In this document: piece by piece, positions 41,530 through 56,225 of the stretch
Layout: each line of letters opens with the position of its first letter
How positions within the stretch are numbered: the stretch's first letter is position 1
NCBI RefSeq assembly: GCF_009914755.1
Contig: NC_060926.1
Reading direction: 5' to 3' (one strand)
DNA length: 64,000 bases
DNA from: the human T2T-CHM13v2.0 reference genome, Homo sapiens
Position numbers and translations under genes: made by a program
Notes under the pieces: model-generated
What the model saw: the letters and a program-made list of their open reading frames with translations, nothing else
Database searches by the model: none
What the model was told of the DNA's origin: nothing

Positions 41530-43723
41530 CTCTACATTATGGTGAGTTATATATTTATTTCATTATTATATATTACAATGTAATAATAATAGTATAAAGT
41601 GCACAATAAATGTAATGTACTAGAATCATCCCAAAACCATCTCCCCAACCCCTGGTCCATGGAAAAAGTTGTCTTCCATGAAACCAGTCCCTGGTGCCAA
41701 AAAGGTTGGGGACTGCTGGTATAGATTATATTACTGCCTGGATTTTACAGACAAGGAAATTGAAGCTTATTATTGTAACTTGTGTCTAAAGCTTGTGAAT
41801 AGAGGAGCAGGCTTTTGAACTTGGACATTTTGTATTTAGCCACCTATTCCTAACATCTCCCTTATACTACTAGAGAGAAGGCAAGTGGTTTCTTTGCTGT
41901 TCAGGTATATGCCAGGTTCAACAGTTCCCAATGTTACCTCTTTATGAAACAACAATGGCAACCAAAACAAAAACCTTATGCCACAATTATTCTGTCATCT
42001 GGATGTTGTTGTATTCTTCCATGCTAAAAGGGTAGCTTTGTGATATAAGTTGGAATTTTGTAGCTTGCCTTTACTTGTACACTCAATGACCCTGAATCAG
42101 AAGAAGTAGCTATCAAAGGTTTGAGAGTTATCTGTGCCAATGATATAATGCTTTTCTTCAAGGTACATTCATTCATCAGATATGTATTGAATCCCATAAT
42201 GGGAAGGGCATTATAAAGTTGGGTGGGCATAGGGAGAAATATTTGATGTAGTTTCTACTCACAAAGACCTCATAGCCATTTGGGACAGCAGACCACAAAT
42301 GAATAAATTACAACCTAGCATAGTGTGTGCCGTAATGTAAGCTGCTAGATACTTTTTTTCTTACTTCAACTTATTGCAGAACTAAAACCAATATCTTCAT
42401 TTTGGCTCTGACTTGGAATAAATCTTACTCTGCCTCCTGGGACAGTGAAAGCTCTGTTGAGAAACTAATAAGTTCGGCCCAAATTCTCAGCAGTGTGCTT
42501 GATGAAAAATAACAAATTTTGAGAAGAAGAAAAGAAGTAAGGCAGTTCAGCTTACTAGAACTTGATCCAAATATTCAGAGAAAAATTCAGGCTTTGGTTA
42601 TCTAAACAAGCAGGTGGAGACAGTTAAGAAATTAGCATAAGTTAAATAATGAAACATTCATTATTTCACAATTGAATTACTAAAATCCTTGGCATAAACA
42701 TACTTCTATGTCACATGCTATTTTATTGTTGCTAATAGAAAACAGTCATGTATAATTTAGAGAGATACTTTAATTAGAATATCAATTATTTCCAAATATA
42801 TAAAAATAATAACAAATAGACAAGGGCATCTTTAGAGCCCTAAATTTCAGCAGCACTGTATGTTTAGTGGAATGTGACACTTTAGAATGAGTTTTCAGAC
42901 ATTCCAATATATTTCTGTACTTTGGATTTTTATAGAGTGGAATGCCTTGGTCATTTTTTAGAGTTTTGATAGTATATTCAGTATTCTTGCAAACTACGGA
43001 TAAAGTAAATGACTGTTCAAATATTTGACAAGCACTTTATAAAGAAAAATATGAATGATATAAAATAGAGAATATAGTATAATGAAAAGGCACAGCAAAT
43101 ACCTTCTGTTATATACACTCATATTTCTCAGTCTCTATAACGATCCTCTAAGATATTATGCAATATTGGGAGACAGATGAATTGACAAGAGATAGTGAAA
43201 ACGATATTTATAATGGCATCACCAGCAGAGCAGGAAAAGCCACAGAGCAGAGCAGATGGGGAATAAAGTTCTTTGTTCTATTCGGTGGACTTCCATTCAC
43301 AATTTTTCCCATAATTTGTAGGTGGACCTCATTCAGCCTGCAGCTTCCCTCTAATCATGGGAGGCAGAGTAGCAAATTGGACAAGCTCTCTGTGAATTCC
43401 AAAAGCTTTGGATCTGAACTCTGGCCCTGCCTTTTACTAACTTGGGGATTTTGGACAATCAGTTTCATCCTTCTTTTACAAAATGAGAAAAATGACGTAT
43501 GCATAATTCCTATCATTGTTGTAAGGATTAAATTTGATGACATATGCCATGACAAGATTTTTCTCCCTACTTTACCAGCTACTCAAGCCCTAAACCAGCT
43601 GTCTCCAATTTCTCATCTTTGCTCAATGTCCTCATGTAATCCACAGGAAAGTCCAACTAACTCTGCTTCCAAGACAAATCTTGTATCTGTTCATTTTTCT
43701 CCATCTTCCCTGATACCTTCTAC

Positions 43724-44838
43724 ACCAGGAATTCTTAATCTTGGAACTATTGACATTTGGAGTCATGATCAGCTACATAATTCACAAGACCCATTGCGAA
43801 ATGAAAGTGTAGGGTATCTTGTTCAAAATGAAGGAAAAATATGACCCTAAAGGTACTAAAGTGTCACGACTTTTCCTTTCCTCTGCAGTCTCTCTCTTGA
43901 CTTGTCATCAGGTTAATTTGCTATTCAAATATAATTCTAAGTTTTAAAAAATGTTAAATTACTAGCATGAATGTTATCACTCATCTTTATATTATACAAT
44001 GCCAGCTTTAAATGCAAATATATGACTATTTAACTTGCATGCAGAATCGCCAAAATTATACAATTAGTATTTCATAGCTTGTGTATGTATATGTATTTTG
44101 TTCTTACCAGAACAGTAGAAACACTGCACAAAACTAATTCAACTGCTTTCATTTAACTTCCTGATGTGTGCATATTCTAAATTCACTCTGATTAAGAAAG
44201 AAGAAAAAGGAAAAGGAAACAAGGCTTATCCTATCTTTCTTCCACTTTCCTTCAATATTATTATTTTCATAGTAAGTAGTTGGCTAACACAGAGAAGTAA
44301 CAAGTAAGAAAGGATACATAAGGTTCCTAAGTATGTGTGTTTCTTCGAAAGCCTTGGCCTACTTTCTCCATTGGAAGCCATTTCAAGCAGAAAACATAGA
44401 TACTTGAGGCCTCCGGTCCTGCTTACTCAATCACAGATGTAACATAGTGACATTGAACTCACTGTGAGCCTTGTAGAAATCCCACAGACCATAGATCCGC
44501 TGGAATTCTGTGCTCATTGTTTATGGCCAACAGTGAACGGCGGACACACACAATGCCCCTGTCTCTATGGCATACAGGCATGCTTTATTGTCCCAAAGGA
44601 TTTCACTTACAAATCATAAGTTCCATGATAATAATTTTTATGAAATGTCAAGATGACAATAGCATCACGATAAATCTAGTGTGGCATCTTTGAGTGTGGG
44701 TGGGACCCTGTGGAGTCATGAAGCTATGAAGCTGTCCCCGTTAACATGGGAAAATTCTTTTTGTGGGGGGCTCTTCTGCACACCATATGATGTTTAGAAC
44801 CATTCCTGGCCTCTACCCACTAGATGCTAGCAGCAGTG
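43724..44838. mobile_element. MER20 split by a MER45 insertion
   Basis: ttcttaatcttggaactattgacatttgg (43730-43760) continues as aattcttttttgtgggggg...atgtttagaaccattcctggcctctacccactagatgc (44750-44835). Confidence 0.78.
43764..44740 (-). mobile_element. MER45B-like hAT-Tip100 element
   Basis: Ends cagctacataatt...gcgaaatgaaagtg...cttgttc and gggaccctgtg...atgaagctgtcccc match MER45 termini; ~980 bp. Confidence 0.75.
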
Positions 44839-45229
44839 ACCAAAGGTGAATATTTAAGGAGAGAAATGTTACAACTCCAATGTCTCTTTGGCCATTTTTA
44901 ATACTGGAATAGTCAAAGATCTGGAGAAAGAAGGCTGCTGGGAATCAGAGTGCCCCACTCTCTACTTATGTCCAGATGATAAATTAAAATGGAAATGACA
45001 TTACCAAAAAAAACTTTAATAACAAGAAAAGAAGAAATAAAAGCCCTTAAGAAATTAATCAATAAAGACTTCAGAATAGGAAACATCAAGATGATTTTAA
45101 AATGATTTAGTCAAACATTTGCCAAGTGTGAAAAAAGTCACTCAAACGGATTGATTAGCTGAATTTATTTAAGACAGTTGAGCTCATCTCCTCTTAGACA
45201 CAATCTAAAGATCCATTATACACTCATGT

Positions 45230-45860
45230 TTTTTAATAGATTCATTTATATTTTATTGATACATAATAACTGTACATAGTTATGGGGCACATATATTCTG
45301 ATACATGCATACAAAGTGTAATAATCAAACCAGGTATTTAGGGTATCTATCACCTCAAACATTTATCATTTCTTTGTGTTGGGAAATTTCAAGTAGTCTC
45401 TTCTAACTATTTTGAAATATTCATGAAGTTATTCCTAATAATAGTCTCTCTACTGTGCTATAGAACACTAAAACTTATTTCTTCAGTCTAACAGTTGCAC
45501 GTTTATGCCTATTAACCACCTCTTCATCATCCTTAGCCCTTCACACACTTTCTAGACTCCAGTGTCTAACATTCTACTCTCCAGCTGCATGAGATCCATT
45601 TTTTTAGTTGCCATATATGAGTGAGAACATGAGCTATCCATCCTTATGTGCCTGGCTTACTTCACTTAACATAATGACCTCCAGTTCCATCCATGTTGCT
45701 GCAAATGAAAGGATTTCATTCTTTTTTTGTGGCTGAATGGTATTCCATTGTGTATATATGCCACATTTTCTTTATCCATTCATCTGTTGATGAACACTTA
45801 GACTGATTCCATATCTTGGCTATTGTAAGTAGTGCTACAATAAACATGGGATTGCAGATT
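45230..45860 (-). mobile_element. L1MA 3' end, 5'-truncated
   Basis: ttatggggcaca...atatgagtgagaacatg...cttcacttaacataatgacctccagttccatccatgttgctgcaaatga...cacattttctttatccattcatc. Confidence 0.9.
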
Positions 45861-48354
45861 ATATATTCATTTACAAGACAAAATATACTTGGCCCCCTTT
45901 ATTTGTAACATATATACCTGAAATTTTCATGTGAAAGGTATGGGATTTAAGAGAAAGGTGTGTGATTATCTTTTCTAGGAGTTAGTGACAGTTTGGCAAA
46001 TAAGTTTTTCATCTAGACTACTGACTTATTTATATCCTTTGGATTTGAAAGAAGATTCAAATAGTAGATGACTTCACAGGTAAATTCTTTTTTTTTTTTC
46101 ATTTTTTTTCTACATTTGTCTCCCTCCCTACTTCTTCTCTGAAATTAGCATATATTTATTAAACACTACTGTCAGGTAGGGCATGAGTGCGAAATATTTT
46201 ATAAGACATAGTCCCTACCCTCAAGGAATTTACTGTCTAGCTATGATTCATGTTTTTGTTATTTCACTAGTTTTCTCCTCAATCATCTGTCACTATCATC
46301 ACTCCTATTATCATCTCATGAATATCCTAATTTCCCTTTAGCACTATATTATAAACCTATTGGACCAATTTATCTCAACTCTTTTAAAACTTTCACTTAG
46401 TAGTCTCCAAGAAATTTCAGGACTTGAGAATAATGAAAATTAATATCTTTAAATTTGCAACGTGCCTTTTCTTTCACTGCAAAAGCAAACAGTGCACAAT
46501 TTTCGAATGACTTCAAAGTGCAAATGGGAAAGCTGCAATTGTAATGAGGAAAAAGAAATCAAATAGGATTCAAATATTGTCAAGTAAGCCTTCATCGTGG
46601 TGGGGGTCTTGGTGTCTTTGTGGTGATTGAAATACTTGACAGAAAATTGAAAGAAAAAAAACAGAAAATGTGATTGAGAATTGATTTAAGAGGGTGACAA
46701 ACTCAACAGGACTTCTAAGTCATCTTATGTAAAATGCTGTGGAAGACAGTGACCACTTCCTCTCACTGACAGGCGGTTCCCTGTGCTGTCAATGAGCTTC
46801 CCTTAAGGCTGGATTAAATACACTCTGGGAACTTTTGAATTAGGCAGGAGAACCTGCTCAGTAATTTAGAGAATTTAGCACTAATAAAGACTAAGATGAT
46901 TGTACATAATGGGATTGTAGGATTTTAGCAATCCTGGTTTAGATGACAAATGCTACCACGTAAAGCGTTTTATGACAACATATGTTATAAGAGATTATAC
47001 TTATTCCCTGTGGAGCTTTTTCACCTCCATTTTAGCTACTCTTAGAATCTGTACTGAATAAGGGAAATAATTGAGGCTGTGAAATTTGATTCTTTTCAAA
47101 CACTATGGGGAAAATGTTAAATAAATCTGCATAAAAGACATCCACAACATAAAGTTGAGAAGCTTAGCTTACGTGTTAATCATTGCTTTGTGCTGTTTGC
47201 AAAACAACCACCAAATTTGGCCCAAGACAAAGAATATTGCCTCATTAACAAATTTGGCAACGCTACAGTGACAGTAATCACGTTTTTATTCTATTTTCAT
47301 ATTCGAGACTTCAAAGCAGCTTAAAAAATATTCATTAACAAAGCAGGTTGCAGCATGCCAACCAGTAGCTGCATCAGCATAGTCAGATATAATTTTGTGA
47401 GCTTTACCTAGGAGGGCAGAGTTTAGCTATAGCCACAGGAAATATACACACACAAAGAAACATGTTAGATAAGATTAATGAAAATGTTCTCTTAAAAATA
47501 AATGAGTTTCTCAATGAAAGGGGAAAAAATCCTGCAACATAATTTGTCCTTTGGATTTTAAGTGGTGTGGTCAATCATTAATGAGAAACATAATTTAAGA
47601 AACTTTACAAAGACTGAATTGTTGCTAAATACAAATATATAAAATGGTGAGGAAATATACAAAATGTGCCAAGTTTTTCAAACGGATTCAAAAAATTATC
47701 AAGTACATTAAAACATTTAATTACAAAAGTAAAAAATGCAGTAATATGAATGAAACAATGAGAGAAATCAATTTCAAAACCCAGTGCGATGCGGATGTGG
47801 TGGAATTGTATGCATTCGTATTGAAAAGGGTATGAAAGTGAGAAAATCAGAAACTGGTGTCTCAAAGAAGATTGAGGCAAAGGGCTAGACTGGAGCAAGG
47901 ACACGAACTAGCAGCTGTCTTAAGTCAGTACTTGCTTATCTTTCTGATGCCAGTGTGACTGCAAGTGTGACCCAGGTTACCTAGGTTTGTGTACTCAATC
48001 CCATATGTCTGAAATGAAGCCAATCTTACCTGTATATTTTGTGGGTGATGCATTCATCTATACACATAAACATGAAGATCTAGGAAATGATTTATTTTGG
48101 CTTCCAAATTAAACCAGAAGTGCCAATGTAGAGGAGGATCAGTAGCCCACTGTGCTCTTGATAATGGGTGATGTGCCTCACTCATAGGTCTGGCCATTGG
48201 CTGGGGCAATGGGAGCTATTGGGGTCCCATGTGGCCAACATCTGGTAGATATCTTAGGTTTCCTCAGATAATATTCAGATGCCAAAAAATCATGGTCCTT
48301 TAGTACATTTGTTGTAACTGATTACATTGAATCCACTCTGAGCCATTTGAACAC

Positions 48355-48394
48355 CTTATCTACCATTTACCTATCTATCACCTATCTTTACCTA

Positions 48395-48452
<58 letters not shown>

Positions 48453-48547
48453 ATATCTCTCTGTCTGTCTGTCTGTCTATCTATCTATCCATCTATCTAT
48501 CCTATCTATCTAAGTATCTATCTATGTATCATCTATCTATCTATCTA

Positions 48548-48608
<61 letters not shown>

Positions 48609-48617
48609 GCTATCTAT
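48355..48617. repeat. Compound (TCTA)n/(TCTG)n tetranucleotide microsatellite
   Basis: Directly visible interrupted tcta and tctg runs. Confidence 0.95.
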
Positions 48618-49097
48618 AAACTAACAGGTTTAGTTAGTGAAATGAATTAATAAGACCTGAGGAATAATTATGTGACCTAGACTAGGGTCACATTAGATTA
48701 TAGAGATCATGAAACAAGTTGTTTGCATCATTGGATATGACTGTTTCTCAAAGTTTTTCTAATGTCACAGTTGGTGCTGGAAATGTTCTTTCCTCGGGTG
48801 AATTCAAAGAGACACCAGAGATCTTAACAGTCCATAGTGTATATGCTGAGAGCAAATAAACTGAGTCAGTAATATACATAATGATCATCAAAATCCAAAC
48901 ATTGACCAGATAGCTCAAGGTGTTCTAAAGCTATAATAGGCATGTAACACATTTTCTGTCCTGCAACAAGTATGTAAGTATGTGTGTTTATATGCATGTT
49001 TGTTTTAAAAAGTGTATCTTTTTAAATAAAAGACTTGGAGTCATTTATAAGTAATGCATATAATGAAATAAAAATAAATAAATAAATAATAAAATGA

Positions 49098-49660
49098 ATG
49101 CCATTTGATCTAGCAATCCCACTACTAGGTATCTACCCAAAGGAAAATAAGCCATTATATGAAAAAGACACACACATATGCTTATAGAAGCACAATTAGC
49201 ATTTGCAAAAATATGGAACCAAATTGAATGCCTATCAGCCAACAGGTGGATAAAGAAAATATGGTATATATACACCATAAAACACTACTCAGCCATAAAA
49301 CAGAATGAAATAATGGCATTTGCAGCAAGTTGGATGGAGCTGGAGGCCATTATTCTAAGTGAAATAACTCAGGAATAGAAAACAAAGTAGTGTATATACT
49401 CACTTATAAGTGGGAGCTAAGCTATGGGGATGTAAAGGCATAAGAATAATGTAATGGACTTTGGGGACTATGGAAGAAGAAGAAAGGTGGGAAGGGTGGG
49501 AGGGGAGGTGAGGGCTAAATGACTAAATATCAGGTATAACTGGGTGCAGTGTACACTGCTCAGGGGACAGGTGCACCTAAATCTCTAAAATCACCGCTAA
49601 AGAACTTATCCATGTAAACAGAAAACCCCTGTACCCCAAAAACAATTAAATAAAAAAATA
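49098..49660 (+). mobile_element. L1PB-type 3' end
   Basis: ORF2 C-terminus (WIKKIWYIYTIKHYSAIK...WMELEAIILSE), then 3' UTR aaatcaccgctaaagaacttatccatgtaa and an A tail. Confidence 0.9.
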
Positions 49661-51267
49661 TGAATGCAGGCAGAGATATCTACCTCATAATCTAATGCCA
49701 AGACTACTGGCTAAATATAAATACATAAATTTATTTTGTCTAAAAAAAAGAGAATGCCTAAAATATAATGAAGCCAAGACTAGGAAAAATATGAATGAAA
49801 TAAAATGCTAAGTAAAAGAAAGGAGAAAAAAACAAATCTTATATGAAGGATGCCAAGCATTCACAATTTCTATAGTTTACTTTCCTGATGTCTAAAGCTA
49901 AAAGAGAAAAACCAGCTCTATTGGGCTATTCAGTTGTAAAATGTCAAATTTCATTCTTACATCCATTCTGAGAAAAGAAAGGCAAGTTCTTACTTCCAAA
50001 ACTGTAAGTGAAAGAAATGCAAGCACAGAAAAATCAGATGCCAAATACAGAATCACACAATTGCTTATTGAAAGATTTGGGATTAAGACCAAGCATATCA
50101 GTTCCTGGCCAAGTGTATGTTTCCTAATCTCCCAGGTTAGCTAGGCCAGTAGCTACTATGCATTATCTGGGGTTAGAGGAGACTGGTTTTGCTTCCCAAA
50201 TGGCAAGTGATACAGCAATGGACAATGACACAAGAGCTCTGTGCTCGTGTTTCTTATAGTCTGTAGTCACAGGATCACACATGGCACCCAGAGAACACTC
50301 GGGACTCAACAAGTGTTTGTTGATTAATTAAATACAGTTTGCCTCCTACAGCATTCGTGATTTCCAGTACAAATTAACAGAGTAGAACGCCGTGAAAGAA
50401 TATCATCCTTCCAGTAAGCAGCTAGACTTTTATTCTCATTGAGCTAGGAATGCATATGAATAAACATATTGTTAACCATTGAAACATGCTCATTTCAGTT
50501 CATTTGGCCATGACTCTGGCTCATTTTTCCTGGCCTCTTTCAATGTATTAGTAAAATCCCGACTTATTCATTTGACTGAGGATAGCATATTCCTGAGAGT
50601 TATGTGTTGATGGAAAATAAAAAACAGATGTGTATCTACATTACTAATCCTGCTATTAAAAAGCAACTGAACACTGAATGATGCCTTAAGATGTGACAAA
50701 AGCCAACCTGATCTCACCTGGGCTCGGGCTGGGTTCTGAGATGGCCTCACTCACAGGTCTGGCATTCAGGTGGAGTGATGGAAGAAATTGGAACCCTCAT
50801 TTCACCAACATCTAGAAGTTAGTTTAGTGTTCCTCACATGGCATTTGGATTTCAGAAACATCAGGAGTATAACAAGCAAAAAATAAAACAAAACCAAGAA
50901 TTTTCAAACTTCTGTGTACAGAATGGTTGCTAATGGGAGAAATTAGAAATACTGGAGCCATTTTTGTCTTTTTTTGCAGTCTTCTAGAATACTAGTTTAA
51001 TTTCACTTTTTTTTCTAATTGCCTTGTAAAATACAAGTGAGTTATTAAATTAACTTGGCTCTTTTTCCTGTTAATGTATTAAAGATACCTTATAAATCAA
51101 ATGAATAAGAATGTAATGAGGCACTATTATACCTAGCACTAGGTGATGGCAAGAAGGAAAAAGGGCCTCTACTGTTTTCATTAGTTTATCATACATCATG
51201 GTTTCCTTGATAAATCGTGAGATTGCTGTCAATATTTTTTGTTTCTTGTTTTCTTTTTCTTAAAGAG

Positions 51268-51527
51268 CACACATTTATTATCTTACAGTTCCAAGTGTTA
51301 GAAGTCTAAAATAGGTCTCACTGAGCTAAAATCAGTGTATTGGCGGGTTTGCATTCCTTTCTAAGGACTCCAGGGGAGAATTCTTTTTCTTGCTTTTCCA
51401 GCTTCTAGAAGCCCCTTCAATTCCTCCAGGCCACTTCCTCCATCTTCAAAGCCAGCAATGGCCAGCCAAGTTTTTCTCCATCACACCAATCTGACTCTTA
51501 CTCCTCTGTCTCCCCCTTCCACGTTTA
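51268..51527 (-). mobile_element. MLT1C/D-like MaLR LTR fragment
   Basis: atttattatcttacagttc...gggagaattc...ttttccagcttctagaagc...cttcctccatcttcaaagccagca. Confidence 0.78.
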
Positions 51528-51830
51528 TGTTTTTTTATTTCAATAGGTTTTCGAGGAACAGGTGGTGTTTGGTTATATGAATATGTTCTTTAATGGTGAT
51601 TTCTGAGATTTTGGTGCACCTGTCACCCTAGCACTGTCTACTGTACCCAATGTCTAGCCTTTTATCCCTTACCCTCCTCCCACCCTTCCCCCAATTCCAA
51701 ATTCCCAAAGTCTATTGTATCATTCTTATGCCTTTGCATCCTCATAGCTTAGCTCCCACTTATGAGTGAGAACATACAATGATTGGTTTTCCATTCCTGA
51801 GTTACTTCACTTCAAATAACGGTCTCCAAT
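51528..51830 (-). mobile_element. L1PB 3' end fragment
   Basis: caataggttttcgaggaacaggtggtgtttggtta...gatttctgagattttggtgcacc...catagcttagctcccacttatgagtgagaacatac. Confidence 0.88.
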
Positions 51831-52023
51831 ACAAGTTGGAGAGATTTTTTATCAAAGAAAAACTACTGCTGCAAACTGTTCTCTTTAGACCTGGGTGACC
51901 ATTGCTCATAGAAAGGATGAAGTAACAATGTTGACAAGCCTTTGTCAAACCAGAGCTACTGCTAGTATTGGGGTTAAGGCCAGGATCAACAAAACGTATA
52001 TTCCCCACAGGTGGCTGCCCCTT

Positions 52024-52440
52024 GGTATTTGGCTGTTCTCACACTGCTCCAAAGAAATACTTGAGACCGGGTAATTTATAAGGAGAAGAGGTTTAATTGG
52101 CTTATAGTCCCATAGGCTGTAGAGGAAGCATGCTGCTGGCATCTATTAGGCTTCTTGGGAGGCCTCAGAAATCTTACAATTACGGCAGAAGCCAAAGGGG
52201 GAACAATCATGTCACATGGTGAGAATGGGGGGGACAGAGAGTGTGGAGGCGCAGGTGCCGCAAACTTTTAAATGTCCAGAGCCCACAACCCACGAGGACA
52301 GCGCCGAGGGGATAATGCTAAACCATTTATAAGAAACACACTCCCATGATCAAATCACCTCCCACCAGGTCCCCCCTTCAGTACCGGGGATTACAATTCA
52401 ACATGAGACTTGGGCAGGGACAAACATACAAACTATATCA
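52024..52440 (-). mobile_element. MSTA/MSTB MaLR solo LTR
   Basis: Typical MST body ending aactatatca; exact 5-bp TSD ccctt (52019-52023, 52441-52445). Confidence 0.9.
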
Positions 52441-54824
52441 CCCTTCATGCTTATGCTTTCTAACTGTTTAACACTTAAAGAGCATGGGAAGAAACTTATT
52501 TTCTATTAGAAAATTTTTATCTTTATTAAAATATGAGAGATTTATTACACACACTCAGTGTAACATGGCCTTTGAACTTAAGTTTGCTGTCATTGTTCTT
52601 TTTTCGTTGTTCATAAACTGAGATTGTTCATTACTAATACCCTAGATGATTCTAGTCACCTAAATTCTTTATTTAAAAATAATGGAGGAGGTATAAAAAT
52701 ATGTTCAGGAAATATATTCATGCTACTCAGTGAAGACTGTAGAATATTACGATTTAGCACATGGAATATAGAATTGACTTCCTAGTTGCAATCCAAGTTC
52801 TTCCACTTGCTATTTGTGTCACCACAAGCAAATTATTTTAACATTCTTAAGCATCACATTTCTAATTTGAATAATAGAGACGATAATTTCAACCTCCAAA
52901 TATTGATGTAAGAGTTTTAAAATATAATGTGCGAAGAGTTCTTAACATAAACTCACCGTTCAATAAGGTGGAGCTGTTATCATTAATGTAGTTTATGAGA
53001 CTGTTATTTCCATTATAAGCTTATAGGTCTTTAGATCTATGAATTTAATCAAATGATCTTACTTTTGGACAAATTTAAAACAACACTGAGGGGAGATGAA
53101 ATAACATTGCTGGAAGAATGTACACTTTTATTTTTAGAACTGCATTTTTAAGAAAATATGCAGAAAACATAATTCTGAATAAGTAGATGAATATGTCTCT
53201 GATGTTCTTTTGAAGTATGAACTCCTCTTCTACCTTCAATTTTAACTCTTACATTTCAAGTAAAAAACAAGTCATCCAAAGCATCCTTTATGTCAGACAC
53301 AACACTGGCAGCAGCAACCCCTATTACTAAGCTCTGTTAGATACTTTATCATACAAATATTTGAATCTCATGTTGCCATTGAACATCTCATATTTTTATC
53401 GATATGATGATATTTTAAAACCCCATAATAGTGCCTACAAGATAGATTCACTTTTAATAGAATTTATCTATGCAGCAGCTAATATAGTGAAAAGTACCGT
53501 GATCTATGGTATTTGGGGGTGGAAAGGTTGAACCTTTGTCTAGCATTGATTATGAAATAATTTGCCTATTAAAACTATAGAGATTTATTAATCTGTGTTA
53601 GCATCTGCTCTTTCATTTTTAAAATATTTTATTTACATAAATTATCAAAAGTCTGTTATGGATATATTTGCCTCTGTGTATAAACTCTCCTCCCTGAAGA
53701 GTCTTGTAATAGTTTTCTCTTCTTTCTTGTGCAATGCCTATTCTGCAGTCATGTAGTCGAGGCCTTGCTCTGGCTGTACTCACAGGGGCTACCTGGAAAA
53801 GTCATTCAGTTGCATGGAATACTGAGTTGTGTCAATAAACGCTTTCTCAATAGCTTTCTTTTCTCCTCCTGCCACCTGCCTTCCCACTCCACCCCCTAGT
53901 CTGACATTCTCAGGTTGCATTAATTCTGTCTCATGTTCTCTCCATTAGTGTGAATTATTTGTTATATTTTGCTTTAATTGCCATCCACTGTAGTCTTTTT
54001 TAACTCTCTCCATCTAATTTTGTCCATTCCACCTTCATTATTTCTACTCTTTTCCCAAATCTCTCCCAAGGCACAGATTCCCCAGGCTCTCCCTTATTTT
54101 GCTAGAACATTTAGTATGTTTCCTTTAATTTTTAAATCCCAGTAATGACTGATGCTTCCAAACACTTTGGATATTGGGATTTTAGGTTAAAGATGATTCA
54201 TGGTATGAATTACAAAGAAATGATTTAGTTCAAAGTGACTGGATTAGTGATTTAGAGGAGACTAAAATTTAAGATTACTTAAGGTAGGCTCGGGAGAAAA
54301 AAATACAAAACTAATCATAAAATTTTGCCTAAGGATTATGTCCTCTTTGAATATGTTCCTTATTCCCAAAACATCCTTTGGCTGTAAATATAGATAATTC
54401 AGTTTTATAGTTTTACAACTATTCAGTTAATTTACAACTCCTTAAAAGTGAGGTTAGTGTCTTACACTCACTGAGAAACATCCCCAAAGTCTTGGGATTT
54501 CATCTTCTGTCTTTCAAGATTTATTTCATTATGAAGCAGGTTGCTCACCTTCCAAAAGTGGAAATCCTTCATCTGTAAAACAGTGTTAATGATGTATACT
54601 TCAGAGTCTTAGTATCTAGGGATCACAGCAGCAAAATCAGGAACTACCATAATTGCTACTAGCATTTGGAGAAAAATATTCCACAGTGTATTAGAAAGCA
54701 GAGGTGTTGGTGTTAGTGAAAGGTGGGTTTGAGTATCAGCTCATGGGACATACTAATGGCCTGATCTTACATTTGTCACTTATACCATATGACTCTGTTC
54801 TCTCATCTAGAAAATGAGTATCAT

Positions 54825-55278
<454 letters not shown>

Positions 55279-55852
55279 CTATAACTTTGAATATATCACT
55301 AAGGAACACAAACTAAGTAGGTCAGAAGACTATAGTAGATAAAAGAAGAAGAAGGTACAATTAATAGTGATATTGACACAAAATGACAGTTCTCAAAAAA
55401 AAGTTCACGAATCTGTATAATGATCAAGATTAAAGAAAATTTTACTTTGAAAACTAAGTTTGGTAATTATATTTAGCGGCAAAAAAAATGATGATCAAAA
55501 CACTTCCAGTTAACACAAAGAATTTAAAGTTGTGATTAGCTTGTAGATAGAACTTGAATTTCATTTTGAGAATGATTGAAGTTTGGGTTAAAGATGGAAC
55601 TCAAAGAACAGCAATCTGCCCACTTAAAAAGTTACTGTTTCCTTTTTTCATATTAAAGTGTTTTATTCTGTAATGACGTACTGAGAGACAGAAACTCACC
55701 CAGCTTGGGTTAAAAATCATACAGGATCCCCATGTTTCTCTTTTCGGTTCCTCTTTACAATGGGCATTCCACTATGAGATAGCACAGATAACTTGGCTGA
55801 GAACTCTTCATTTACACACAGGATGCACAGCCTGGAGGTATCTCATAGCCCT

Positions 55853-56225
55853 TGTCATGGACTGAATTGTGCCCCTCCCAAATTCGTGTGTTGAAATCTT
55901 AACCCTCAATACTTCAGAATGTGGCTGTATTTGAAGATCTGGTCTTTAAAGAGATAAAATGAAGGCATTAGAGTGGGCTCTAATCCAATATGACTGGTGT
56001 CTTTACGAGAAGGCATTAGGATGCAGACACAAAGGGGAGATCATGTGAAAACACTAGAGAAGGATGGTCATCTACAAGCCAAGGAGAGAGGCTGCAGAAG
56101 AGCTACATCCCTGACAACAACCTGCTCTAGGACTTCTAGCCTCCAGAACTGTGAGCAAATAAATTTCTGTTGTTCAAGACTTGCAGTCATGGTATTTGTT
56201 ATGACAGCCTTAGCAAAATAAGACA
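55853..56225 (+). mobile_element. MLT1A/B MaLR solo LTR
   Basis: tgtcatggactgaattgtg...ctaatccaatatgactggtgtc...cctccagaactgtgagcaaataaatttctgttg...aagaca. Confidence 0.88.

Larger units (their letters stand above)
38668..41718 (+). mobile_element. Near full-length Charlie3-like hAT DNA transposon (autonomous parent of MER1)
   Basis: MER1-type ends gAGGGGTCCCCAACC...GGTTGGGGACTGCTG; 8-bp TSD atatggat / gtatagat; ~2.67 kb once the THE1 insertion is removed; internal transposase relic. Confidence 0.88.

Noticed and set aside
43158-43844. 228-aa ORF, the longest non-L1 ORF in the window
   Set aside because: It crosses MIR, L2, MER20 and MER45 fragments; a chance open frame.
48347-48619. YLSI-repeat ORF
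   Set aside because: Translation of the (TCTA)n microsatellite.
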